This document shows positions 26,323 through 34,780 of a stretch of 64,000 bases of DNA, in pieces. Under the pieces are notes generated by a model. It made no database searches. It saw only the letters and a list, made by a program, of their open reading frames with translations, and had not been told where the DNA came from. This stretch comes from a virus (Duplodnaviria; Caudoviricetes): positions 64,001-128,000 of IMG/VR virus record IMGVR_UViG_3300003316_000301; one strand, given 5' to 3'. The first letter of the stretch is position 1, and each line of letters starts with the position of its first letter. The position numbers and the translations under genes are program-made.

Positions 26323-26563
26323 GAGATGTCTCCTCTCGCTTTTTAAAAACGATCTGAAGCCTCTCCCCGTCACCGAAGACGCGGATGTCGCTGTCGAACA
26401 GCTCTGCACCGGGCTTACGCCCCTCCATCAGTTCGTTGCGAGCGAGCCCGAAGAGCTTGCTCAGCTCGGCGAAGGGCGCCCCGTTGTCCATCGAGTAGGA
26501 CACCGTGGTCGTCACGGTCTCCTCGCGGTCGTAGCTCTGCATGAGGTCCTCCAGGTACGGCAC
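26309..26563 (-). CDS. Hypothetical protein
   Basis: Carries an in-frame TTT AAA motif. Confidence 0.65.
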   Translation of the reverse strand: MPYLEDLMQSYDREETVTTTVSYSMDNGAPFAELSKLFGLARNELMEGRKPGAELFDSDIRVFGDGERLQIVFKKREETSRDRT

Positions 26564-26614
26564 AGGGCCGGATCCCGTCGTGGGGACCGGCCCTGTGCGG
26601 CAGGCGTTCGAGCT

Positions 26615-27091
26615 TCAGGCGGAGGCGTCGGCCGCGTCGGCCTGGGTGTTGTCCACCAGGGTGACGCCGTCGGAGAGACGCTCCACCGAGTCGACCTTGT
26701 CCTCCGGGACGATGTACTCGGTGCGGGAGTCCGCGCCGCGCACGTTGGTGACCAGCGAGTAGCGGCCCGGCTTGTCGCCGGAGCCCGCCTGGAACAGGAC
26801 GTGGTCGGCCTTGACGTCCTTGGTGGTGCCGTCGGCCAGGTTGACCCGGTAGACGTGCTTGCCCTCGACCTTGACGTCCAGCTCGGGCTTCGGGACGACG
26901 CGGTACTCGTCGACCGAGTCGGCCTTGATGGACTTCACCACCGTGGTGCCGTTGTAGTCGTCGACACCCTCGACGTAGCCGTGGAAGGTCAGACGGCCGT
27001 CGGCCTCGGTGACGGTCTGGGCCTTGACGACCTCGTTGGGGCGGTCGTCGGCGTAGACGATCTCGAAGGCCTTGGTGTTGCGCTCGCTCAT
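26615..27091 (-). CDS. Beta-rich repeat protein (possible longer start at 27388)
   Basis: AGGAG SD at MSERNTK; repeats FEIVYAD..VKAQTV / YRVNLADG..VKADHV. Confidence 0.7.
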   Translation of the reverse strand: MSERNTKAFEIVYADDRPNEVVKAQTVTEADGRLTFHGYVEGVDDYNGTTVVKSIKADSVDEYRVVPKPELDVKVEGKHVYRVNLADGTTKDVKADHVLFQAGSGDKPGRYSLVTNVRGADSRTEYIVPEDKVDSVERLSDGVTLVDNTQADAADASA

Positions 27092-27413
27092 GGGTTTCTC
27101 CTGCTTCCCGGGCGCCTTGGTGGCGCCTGCTTCGGTTCGGATCGGACTGGCGGGCTGTTCGCTGACGAACATGCGATTGGTGCTCGAATCCAGGTAGATC
27201 TTGCCCGAAGGCACGAGATTCGACATCTGGATGATCGCGTCCGACAGTTGCGAACTGGTGATGGGCGAGTACGAGAGGTTCGTCGAGGTGACCCCCTCGT
27301 ACGTTCTGACCGCCCCCTGGTTCACGGCCCTGGCTGCAATGGCCTCGAACTCGGCGGCGTTGCTCCACTCTTCCAAGCTGGGCTCCAAGGACCTTCGGGT
27401 GAATGCGGATCAC

Positions 27414-27443
27414 ACCCTACTCGAAGGATCCTTGGTTGCTCAA
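27414..27443 (-). promoter_or_regulatory. Repeated promoter TTGAGC-N18-TAGGGT
   Basis: Spacer CTCGAAGGATCCTTGGTT. Confidence 0.7.
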
Positions 27444-27929
27444 CTAGACGAGGGAGACGATCTCCTCGTCGGCAAGGCCCTCGCCGTCCCATCGGACGAA
27501 GGTCTTGCCCTTGTAGACCTTGAAGGTCGACGTGTCGGCCCCCGGCTCGGTCCACACCTTGAGCCGCTTGGCCTGGGTGAAGTCCTCGTGGATGGCCGTG
27601 ATCTCGCCGTCCCAGTTGTGCCCCGGCAGGTTGTCCCGCAGCGGGTAGAAGGTCTCGAACAGGTCGTTGTGCATGGAGACCCGGTCGTGCGAGGGGACGA
27701 GGGCGATACCCCGGACGACGTGCAGCGTGCCCTCGTCCGTCTCCTTGTCGAACTCGTCCAGCATGATCTTCAGCGGGAAGTACTCCGAGAAGACGTTCTC
27801 CGGGGTGGCGTACCTCTCCTGGTAGGACTTCAGCCGCCTCATCATGACCTCGGCGGCCTTCTTCAGCTCCTTCGCGCTCAGCGCCGGGGTGATGTTGATC
27901 GTGCCGCTGATGTGCCATTCAGTGCCCAT
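27444..27929 (-). CDS. Hypothetical protein, probable paralog of 29747..30232
   Basis: MGTEWHISGTINITPALS; leader 27934-27947. Confidence 0.75.
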   Translation of the reverse strand: MGTEWHISGTINITPALSAKELKKAAEVMMRRLKSYQERYATPENVFSEYFPLKIMLDEFDKETDEGTLHVVRGIALVPSHDRVSMHNDLFETFYPLRDNLPGHNWDGEITAIHEDFTQAKRLKVWTEPGADTSTFKVYKGKTFVRWDGEGLADEEIVSLV

Positions 27930-27958
27930 GGGACCTCCTGGGGAGTCGGGATGGTGGA

Positions 27959-28342
27959 TCAGATGATGAGGGCGGCCCTGAGGGCGCCCAGGCCGTCCGT
28001 GGAGGACTCCCGGACGATGCGCCGGGCCTCGGCCTTGCGCTTGGCGGCCTGACGGGCCTTGACGAACTCGCGCTCGTACACGGAGCCGTAGACGCCCTCG
28101 GGAAGCTCCTCGCGGAAGATGTGCGCCATGTCCGAGGAGATCATGCAGGCCATCTTCCAGGTCAGGCCCTCGATGTCCTCGATCACCGGCTCCTCGCCCT
28201 GCTTGCCGTTGGCGTACCAGGAACGGAGATCCTCGATCGCGAGGAGCTGGGCCCGCGCGGCCTTCGTGTTCCCCATCGCTGCTTCCAGCATCTCCTTGAC
28301 GAAGTCGTGCCGGTCGCGCTCGCTGTGGGCGAAGTTCTTCAT
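27959..28342 (-). CDS. Hypothetical protein
   Basis: Leader and promoter. Confidence 0.8.
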   Translation of the reverse strand: MKNFAHSERDRHDFVKEMLEAAMGNTKAARAQLLAIEDLRSWYANGKQGEEPVIEDIEGLTWKMACMISSDMAHIFREELPEGVYGSVYEREFVKARQAAKRKAEARRIVRESSTDGLGALRAALII

Positions 28343-28379
28343 GCGGGCCTCCTGAGGAGTCGGTTCCGGGGCTTCCCCC

Positions 28380-28420
28380 TGACAACGTCAAGGTTACTAC
28401 GGGAATTCCTGGGGCGTCAA
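28380..28420 (-). promoter_or_regulatory. Repeated promoter TTGACG-N18-TAACCT
   Basis: Spacer CTACGGGAATTCCTGGGG; TGACAACGTCA. Confidence 0.85.
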
Positions 28421-28776
28421 GCCCTCTCTTCGAACTCCTCGTGGAGCTGGGAGAGCTTCTCCGTGGGGATCCAGCAGTTCGAGAACGGAGCCCGGCTCCA
28501 GTCGTCGGCGGCCAGGGTGCACAGGCCTTCAGCGGCCACACGGGCCTTCTCCACGGCGTTCGCACGCTTCTGGCTCAGACCCTCCAGGCCCGCGTCCGGA
28601 GTGCGCACGAGGACCTTGGGGTCGCCGTACCGCTGGTAGTGCAGTTCGGCCCGCAAGTAGCGGTTCTCCCTGCTGACGATGAAGAAGATCACCGGGCACT
28701 TCAGGTGCTCGGCCAGCCGTCGGCCGTTGGTGATCCCCTTGGCCTTCAGGGCCTCGCGCAGCTCCGCCCCGGTCAT
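28417..28776 (-). CDS. Hypothetical protein
   Basis: MTGAELRE; ATGA overlap. Confidence 0.7.
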   Translation of the reverse strand: MTGAELREALKAKGITNGRRLAEHLKCPVIFFIVSRENRYLRAELHYQRYGDPKVLVRTPDAGLEGLSQKRANAVEKARVAAEGLCTLAADDWSRAPFSNCWIPTEKLSQLHEEFEERA

Positions 28777-29261
28777 CGCTTGCTCCACTGGATGCCGATG
28801 TTCAGGGCGTTCTCCGTGACGAACTTCCACAGGGCGTGACCACGCATCCAGTGCGGCCCCTCCCACTCCGGCGTGGGAACGACGTGCGTCGCGCTGATCT
28901 TGCCCTCGCCTGAGCGGACGGTCAGCTCGAAGACGGCACCAACGCCCGGGAACATGGGGTCCCGGGTGAGCGGCGGCTCGGGGCTGTCCTCGCTCGGGAC
29001 CTCAGCCTCCCAGATGAGCTGGTCGGTGGTCTCGAAGTTCAGCCCTCGGTAGGGGTCGTCCGCCGGGTTGGCGGAGATGTCGGAGTGCGAGGAGCCGTAG
29101 AGGTACGTACGGGCGTACCAGCGCTCCTCGCCCTCATCGCCCCACCAGACGTCCGAGACGTCTCTGCGGTCGCGGAGGTGCTCCTCCAGGACCGCCTGAG
29201 CGCTCCTCCAGTCGGTCCGGAAGCCCGGCTTGCCGTTGACGGTGAACAGGTAGATCTTCAT
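28773..29261 (-). CDS. Hypothetical protein
   Basis: Leader and promoter. Confidence 0.8.
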   Translation of the reverse strand: MKIYLFTVNGKPGFRTDWRSAQAVLEEHLRDRRDVSDVWWGDEGEERWYARTYLYGSSHSDISANPADDPYRGLNFETTDQLIWEAEVPSEDSPEPPLTRDPMFPGVGAVFELTVRSGEGKISATHVVPTPEWEGPHWMRGHALWKFVTENALNIGIQWSKR

Positions 29262-29307
29262 GAGTCCTCCTGGGGAGTCGGTGCTGACGGCCTCCTGGGT
29301 AACGTCC

Positions 29308-29347
29308 TGACACCGTCAAGGTTACCCCAGGAATCCTTGTAGCGAAA
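29308..29347 (-). promoter_or_regulatory. Repeated promoter (TAACCT -10, weak -35)
   Basis: Spacer CCCCAGGAATCCTTGTAG; TGACACCGTCA. Confidence 0.75.
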
Positions 29348-29351
29348 CCCC

Positions 29352-29750
29352 CTAGCGGGGTCGGCCTCCGTGGAACCGCTGCTCATGGTCCATCATCGAC
29401 GCCACGGCGTTGAGCATGTTGGCCCCCACGGCCAGGGCCTCGTTGTCCGGCAGCTCCTCGCTGACGCTCGACGTCGCCACCAGCGTGCGGGGATCCACCA
29501 GACCGGCCTTGCCCTGGTAGCAGTCCTTGCAGGCCACGTACGCGTGGACCTTCCAGGGGCCGTCCTCGGACTCCAGACCGTGCTCCACGCCGAAGACGTA
29601 CCGGTCCAGCCGCAGGTTGATCAGAGCAAGCCGGAACAGCTCGTTCTTGCGTCGCTTCTCCCGGGCCGCCCTGGCCTCCTGGTGGCGCCGGAGGTTGAAC
29701 TCCGGCCAGCTCTCCCCCTCGCGGGGGCGGCTCTCGATGGCGGTGCTCAT
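29352..29750 (-). CDS. Hypothetical protein
   Basis: MSTAIESR; ATGA overlap. Confidence 0.7.
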   Translation of the reverse strand: MSTAIESRPREGESWPEFNLRRHQEARAAREKRRKNELFRLALINLRLDRYVFGVEHGLESEDGPWKVHAYVACKDCYQGKAGLVDPRTLVATSSVSEELPDNEALAVGANMLNAVASMMDHEQRFHGGRPR

Positions 29751-30232
29751 TCCGGCTCGCCGATCTTGACCGTGGTGACCTCGTTGTCCTGGACCTTGAT
29801 CTGCCAGGCCTCTCCCCCGCCCATGCCGGTCATGATGCCGTTGACCGTGTGGTCGAAGGTGAAGCCGTGCAGGAGGTCGTCCTCGGCGACGAGCTTGGCC
29901 TTCTCGGCGAAGATCCCGGCAGGCCTCAGGAAGTAGTCGATCACGTACCGGATCCAGGGCTCCAGGTCCCCGGCACCCTCCTGGCCGTCCCACTCCAGCA
30001 GGCCGGGCCCGTTCAGGCGCAGGCTGGCGTACAGGGTCGGCATGTCCTGGGCGGGCCGGTTCCAGTCGATCACGTCCGGGTGGGACGCGGTGAGGCTCTT
30101 GCGGATGTCCAGGGGTCCGTGCACGGTCGTCATGTGCCGGGCGTCCAGGAACAGGCGCAGGGCCTTGAACTCGGTCGGGTTCAGCGGCGGCTCGATGTGG
30201 AGCTGGCCCTTGTACTGTGCGTCGAATCCCAT
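29747..30232 (-). CDS. Hypothetical protein
   Basis: MGFDAQYKGQLHIEPPLN..WIRYVIDYFL..HTVNG. Confidence 0.8.
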   Translation of the reverse strand: MGFDAQYKGQLHIEPPLNPTEFKALRLFLDARHMTTVHGPLDIRKSLTASHPDVIDWNRPAQDMPTLYASLRLNGPGLLEWDGQEGAGDLEPWIRYVIDYFLRPAGIFAEKAKLVAEDDLLHGFTFDHTVNGIMTGMGGGEAWQIKVQDNEVTTVKIGEPE

Positions 30233-30234
30233 GG

Positions 30235-30585
30235 TCAGATGTCCTTCTGGGGGAACTGGTCGAGCAGGATCTTGAGGTCGTCCAGCAGGAGCTTCTTGCC
30301 CGGCGGCCCCGCGAGGGCCTGGATGTCCTGCTCCATGTTGTCCGCGACACGGGCCACACGGCTGGCGGGGTCGTAGCCCTCGGCCTCGCGCACCTTGGCG
30401 ATGTGCTCCACCTCGATGAGCACATCGGCCTCGTACGCCTTCACGAACGCGGTCACCCGGCGCCGGACGTCCTGGAGGATCTCTGTGCGGTCCATGGCCT
30501 TGGCCACGCGCTCGATGATCTCCTCCCCGTTCTCACGGGCCTTCTGGACGTCCGTCTGCTGGTAGTCGTCGTAGGTCTTCGCCAT
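30235..30585 (-). CDS. Hypothetical protein
   Basis: Leader 30590-30603. Confidence 0.75.
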   Translation of the reverse strand: MAKTYDDYQQTDVQKARENGEEIIERVAKAMDRTEILQDVRRRVTAFVKAYEADVLIEVEHIAKVREAEGYDPASRVARVADNMEQDIQALAGPPGKKLLLDDLKILLDQFPQKDI

Positions 30586-30669
30586 AGCTCCTCCTGGGGA
30601 GTCTCGGGGGTCTGAACGGCCGTACAGGGGGCGCCTGGGGTGAAGGCCCAGGAGCCCGCAGAGCGGCCG

Positions 30670-31347
30670 TCAGCGGGGCAGCAGGACGCCCTGGGTCTGG
30701 AGCACGGTCGCGGCCACGTCCACCGCGTCCTCGGTCCCGCTCACCACGGCCACGAGGGCGAGGTAGTAGAGGTGGCCCTCCATGCGGCGGGCGGCCTCCG
30801 GGTCGGTCTTCGCGGTCTCCCGGATCGTCCGCACGTGCTCGTCGGCGTCCTCCGGCGTCACCAGCGGCACGAAGGGGAACGCTCCGCGCTTCGGGTCGGT
30901 CTCGCCCGAGGGGGTCTCCACAGAGGCCTCCTCGGTCTCCTGCGGGGCCACCAGGTCCTCGCTCTCGGGAATGTCCGACCGGCGCGCGGGAGCCCCGGAG
31001 ACGGCCAGGAAGCTGTTGTCGGTCTTGCCGGTGTCCTCGTTCCAGCCCCACACGACGAAGTAGCCGACCGTCTTGAGGTCCTCCATCATGTCCGCCACGC
31101 GCTCCAGGCGGGCCTTCTCGCGCTCGGCCGCCTTGCGGGCCTGGACGCCCTTCAGCTCCCGGGAGACGCCCTCGTAGGAGACGCGGACGATCTTGCCGCC
31201 CTCGGTGTCGGACTGTCCCGGCCACTCGCGGACGATGTATCCCCCGTACCGGGTCTCGTGCGCGCCGTACGGGTTGTAGCCGAGTCGGCGGAGCTGTTTG
31301 GACACGGCGGATGCGTGGGTCCGCCCGGTGGTCTGGTGCTTGGCCAT
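30670..31347 (-). CDS. Hypothetical protein, repeat family related to 14887..15804
   Basis: ASAVSKQLRRLG..GYIV..IVRVSY..LKTVGY. Confidence 0.75.
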   Translation of the reverse strand: MAKHQTTGRTHASAVSKQLRRLGYNPYGAHETRYGGYIVREWPGQSDTEGGKIVRVSYEGVSRELKGVQARKAAEREKARLERVADMMEDLKTVGYFVVWGWNEDTGKTDNSFLAVSGAPARRSDIPESEDLVAPQETEEASVETPSGETDPKRGAFPFVPLVTPEDADEHVRTIRETAKTDPEAARRMEGHLYYLALVAVVSGTEDAVDVAATVLQTQGVLLPR

Positions 31348-31417
31348 ACGGCCCTCCTGCTGGTCTCTGGCGGGAAGCCGGGGCCCGTGAGGACCCCGGC
31401 GGGTAGGTACTGCTGGA

Positions 31418-32002
31418 TCACATGCCGATCGCGGCGCGGAGCAGGGAACGGAAGTCTCCCTGGGTCAGGCGTCCCGCCGTGTTGATGACCTCCAGCGTCC
31501 AGGAGAGGCCCTGGCGCTCGGCCTTCGCGATGCCCATGAAGTTGCCGGTGGCCAGCAGGGACGGCTGGATCATGGCGACCTTGTCAGAGCTGCCGCCGGT
31601 GGCGTCGTAGACCGAGACGCGCACGTTCTTGGCCTGGCCGAAGTCCGTGCCCTTCTTGAAGGCCACGAAGGCGAACAGGATCGAGGTGATGTTGTTCGGG
31701 ATCCGGGAGAAGTCGACGGTGATCACCTCGTCGTCACCGGCCTTCTTGCCCCGGTGCTCATCTCCCGAGTGCGTGATGGCGCCGGTCTCCGTCGGGTCCA
31801 GGTTGTCCAGACCCGCGTACATGACCGGGTCCTCGCCCTGCATCAGGACGGCGACGAGGTCCAGGTCCGTGCCGATGAAGTTCTTGATGGCTCCCAGGAC
31901 ACGACCGGAGCCGCCGGTGGACGTGTCCCAGGCCCCGCCGATCTGGAGCTTCTGGACACCGGTGAGGTCGTTGCGGCCGTCGTCCTTGGTGAGTACGTGC
32001 AT
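31418..32002 (-). CDS. terD: TerD-family stress protein
   Basis: GGAWD..TDLDL..ITHSGDEHRGKKAGDDEVITVDFSRIP..I. Confidence 0.85.
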   Translation of the reverse strand: MHVLTKDDGRNDLTGVQKLQIGGAWDTSTGGSGRVLGAIKNFIGTDLDLVAVLMQGEDPVMYAGLDNLDPTETGAITHSGDEHRGKKAGDDEVITVDFSRIPNNITSILFAFVAFKKGTDFGQAKNVRVSVYDATGGSSDKVAMIQPSLLATGNFMGIAKAERQGLSWTLEVINTAGRLTQGDFRSLLRAAIGM

Positions 32003-32070
32003 GAGTGCCTCCTGGGTGGTAAGTGTTCTCTGGCGGTGGCGGGGGCCGTGTGGCCCCCGCCGGGTGGGGA

Positions 32071-32973
32071 CTAGCCCCAGGGGAGTCCGTACTTCTCGGC
32101 GCAGATCGGACCGTAGCCCGCCGCCTCCGACTCCTCCTTGGTGAGCTGCTTGGTGCAGAAGACGCAGCGGTGGTACAGCTCGCCGAACTTCGCGGCCTGC
32201 TCCGCCGTGGCCTTCTTGTCCTCGGTCAGCTTCCGGAAGGGGCTCTGGCCGACGTAGACCCACTTCTCGGTCTCGTCGTCCCACTCACGGGCCGTGGTGT
32301 TGCCGGTCCGCTCGGAGACGATGACCTTGAAGTACGTCCCGTCGACCACGTAGACGCCCTCGGCCGGGATGTAGCGGGCCGGGGTCTCCGCCTTGCGCTG
32401 CTTGTCCTTGTACGGGGCCGCCTTGAGGTCCGTGATGTGCTTGGACGCGGTCTCGAAGGGGAGGTCGGCCAGATTGGCCAGGTCCAGGGTGAGGTCGTGC
32501 TCCCGCTCGGCCAGCAGCTTCTTCAGGAAGCCGAGCTGAGCCGGAGTGATCATCCGGGTGCTGGAGGTCCCCCTGGGGGCGACCGACAGGTCCAGCAGGG
32601 ACTTCATCGCGTCGATGGTCTCGGAGGCCTTCGACTTCTCGATCTCGTTCTGGGCCTGGGCCTGCTCGACGATCAGCCGGTGCTCCGGCGAGAGCAGGTG
32701 CAGCGGGATCCTGCGAGCGAGGGAGCAGACGTAGTTGGCCTGACGCGGACTGGCGGGGGTGAAGACCTCCTTGCCCTCCGCCCGGCCCTGCTTGCGGTCC
32801 GCGACGATGCGCTCGTGCTCGGCGACCTTGCGCTCGTAGGAGGCCGCGACCTGGCAGCAGAAGCCGGAGCCGTGCTCCTTCTTGCCGACAGCGGCGTGGT
32901 CCCGCAGGACGTCACGCATCATGGCGAGGGTGAAGGGGTCCAGCTTGCCGGTGCCGGGGAATTCGTAGGTCAC
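32071..32973 (-). CDS. DUF6011-domain protein
   Basis: C-terminal AAKFG..CVFCTKQLT.EES..AGYGPICAEK; PASPRQ / ITPAQ repeats. Confidence 0.75.
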   Translation of the reverse strand: MTYEFPGTGKLDPFTLAMMRDVLRDHAAVGKKEHGSGFCCQVAASYERKVAEHERIVADRKQGRAEGKEVFTPASPRQANYVCSLARRIPLHLLSPEHRLIVEQAQAQNEIEKSKASETIDAMKSLLDLSVAPRGTSSTRMITPAQLGFLKKLLAEREHDLTLDLANLADLPFETASKHITDLKAAPYKDKQRKAETPARYIPAEGVYVVDGTYFKVIVSERTGNTTAREWDDETEKWVYVGQSPFRKLTEDKKATAEQAAKFGELYHRCVFCTKQLTKEESEAAGYGPICAEKYGLPWG

Positions 32974-33002
32974 GGGGGCCTCCTGAGGAGTCGGTGTCGC
33001 CT

Positions 33003-33043
33003 TGACGCTGTCAAGGTTACTCCAAGGATCATTGGAGAGGCAA
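33003..33043 (-). promoter_or_regulatory. Repeated promoter TTGCCT-N18-TAACCT
   Basis: Spacer CTCCAAGGATCATTGGAG; TGACGCTGTCA. Confidence 0.85.
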
Positions 33044-33075
33044 GCCCCTCCCTGGCGGGATTTTTAAAAACGGGT

Positions 33076-33558
33076 CTAGCGGTTGCCGAACGCCACGTCC
33101 ATCAGCGCGGACAGGTCGTCCAGCGGCAGGGTGACGCTACGTCCGTCCTTGGACACGTCGTATCCGTCTCCCGGTGCCGGGGTGTAGCCGGGGTAGTTCC
33201 TCAGGTTCCGCCGGAGAAGGGTCAGCAGGCGCTGCGCGTGCAGCCGCTCCACCTCCTCCGAGGTCTCCTTGCGCTCGAAGTCGGCCCAGGGGCCGGAGAG
33301 CTTGCGGGGGTCCACGGCGACCCTCGTGAGGGACTCCTCGTCCTCCCCGGGACTGCTGACGATGTACGCCTTCAGGGACAGGTTCGCCCTGTAGCGCGTC
33401 TCGCCCTTGCCGGGCATGTGGCGCGTGCGGGTGGTGGTGTCCTCCACCCACTCGCCGGAGCCGTTGATGCGCCATCCAGGGGACAGGTCCACGATCTCGT
33501 AGCACCTGTCCCCAGGACCGACGTACCGTCCGCCGACTTCCAGGTCACTGCGCTTCAT
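33076..33558 (-). CDS. Hypothetical protein
   Basis: MKRSDLEVGGRY; GGAGG SD. Confidence 0.75.
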   Translation of the reverse strand: MKRSDLEVGGRYVGPGDRCYEIVDLSPGWRINGSGEWVEDTTTRTRHMPGKGETRYRANLSLKAYIVSSPGEDEESLTRVAVDPRKLSGPWADFERKETSEEVERLHAQRLLTLLRRNLRNYPGYTPAPGDGYDVSKDGRSVTLPLDDLSALMDVAFGNR

Positions 33559-33587
33559 GCACTTCCTCCCGCTCTCCACCGGTCTCC

Positions 33588-33617
33588 AGGTTACTCCTGG
33601 AATCCTTGGGGTCACAA
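33588..33617 (-). promoter_or_regulatory. Repeated promoter TTGTGA-N18-TAACCT
   Basis: Spacer CTCCTGGAATCCTTGGGG. Confidence 0.7.
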
Positions 33618-33654
33618 CGGGAGAGGGGCTTCCCTCTCCCGTTGCTCACAGCGG

Positions 33655-34743
33655 TCAGCCCATGTAGGGCTTGATCAGCTCGTCGATGATGCCGACGGCC
33701 TTCACGGGCGCCTGGGTGTTCAGGGCCTCCTGGACCTTGTTCAGGAGCATCCGGAAGGACTTCATGATCTGTTCGGTCTCGACCATGTGAACCGCGTCCT
33801 TGCCGGACAGCTCCTTGGACAGGTCGTGGATCTTCTTCTTCGCCGCCTCGCTGGCCTTGTCGAACGCGGCCTTGGCGTCGGTGTACTGCTTGTCCGACAG
33901 GGAGAGGTCCCGCTCCGCCTCCCTGCGGACTTGGGCGATCTGGTCCTCCAGTTCGGCAACCTGCTTCTTCAGGCCGTCGATCTCAGCCGTACCAGCCGAC
34001 CCGGCGAAGTTCTCCCCGAGAACCGAGACGAGCAGTTCCAGCGCGTCATTGACGTCAGAGGGGAGGGCGGGGCTGTGCACGGGGGAGGTCTCCTGGGTCT
34101 CGGGGGCGGAGAGGACGGTTTCCGGGTTGTAGACGCCATGGCGGAAGCCCCGGTGCATGGCGAGCCCCTGCGGGCGCTTGGAGGTGAACTTCTTGCCCTG
34201 CTCCCAGCACTCGATGCAGTAGTACGTCTCGACCCCGTGGAGGTTCACGAGGAAGAGGCTCGACTGCGTCTGGCCCAGGAGCGCCGGGTCGAAGACCGGG
34301 ATCTCGGTCGGCAGGACGCGGACCTCCTTCACGGGCTCGGGCTCCGGCTGAGCGTCCACGAGTCCGCCCTGGGTCGCCTCTTCGGCCTTCTTCTTGGCCC
34401 GGTCCGCTTCGGCCTTCTTCTTGGCCTGAGCGGCCTCGAAGGCCTTGCGCTGTGCGTTGGCCGCCTGCGCCTTCTTCTCGCCCTCCGCCTCCAGCTCAGC
34501 GAGAAGAGCCTCGGTCTCTTCAGGCGTACGGGCCGGGCCCTCGCCGATGAGGTTGTACTGGCGGGCGTTCGAGCGGAACACCTTCATCGACTCGTCGTTG
34601 GGGTTCAGACCGATCGTGATCGCAACGCCGTCGGGCGCGCTGATCACGATCTTCTGGTTCCGGATCGAGACGTCCCAGTCCGCAGCCTTCGCGAGATCGA
34701 TCGCGTTCTGCACCTCAGCGGGTACGCGCTTGTTACCAGCCAT
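33655..34743 (-). CDS. Protein with HicA-like N-terminus, C2H2-type Zn finger and coiled coil
   Basis: AKAADWDVSIRNQKIVISAPDG..ITIG..P.D; YYCIEC..GLAMHRGFRH. Confidence 0.6.
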   Translation of the reverse strand: MAGNKRVPAEVQNAIDLAKAADWDVSIRNQKIVISAPDGVAITIGLNPNDESMKVFRSNARQYNLIGEGPARTPEETEALLAELEAEGEKKAQAANAQRKAFEAAQAKKKAEADRAKKKAEEATQGGLVDAQPEPEPVKEVRVLPTEIPVFDPALLGQTQSSLFLVNLHGVETYYCIECWEQGKKFTSKRPQGLAMHRGFRHGVYNPETVLSAPETQETSPVHSPALPSDVNDALELLVSVLGENFAGSAGTAEIDGLKKQVAELEDQIAQVRREAERDLSLSDKQYTDAKAAFDKASEAAKKKIHDLSKELSGKDAVHMVETEQIMKSFRMLLNKVQEALNTQAPVKAVGIIDELIKPYMG

Positions 34744-34780
34744 GTGGCCTCCTCGGGTCGGTTCTCTCTGGCAGGACAAG

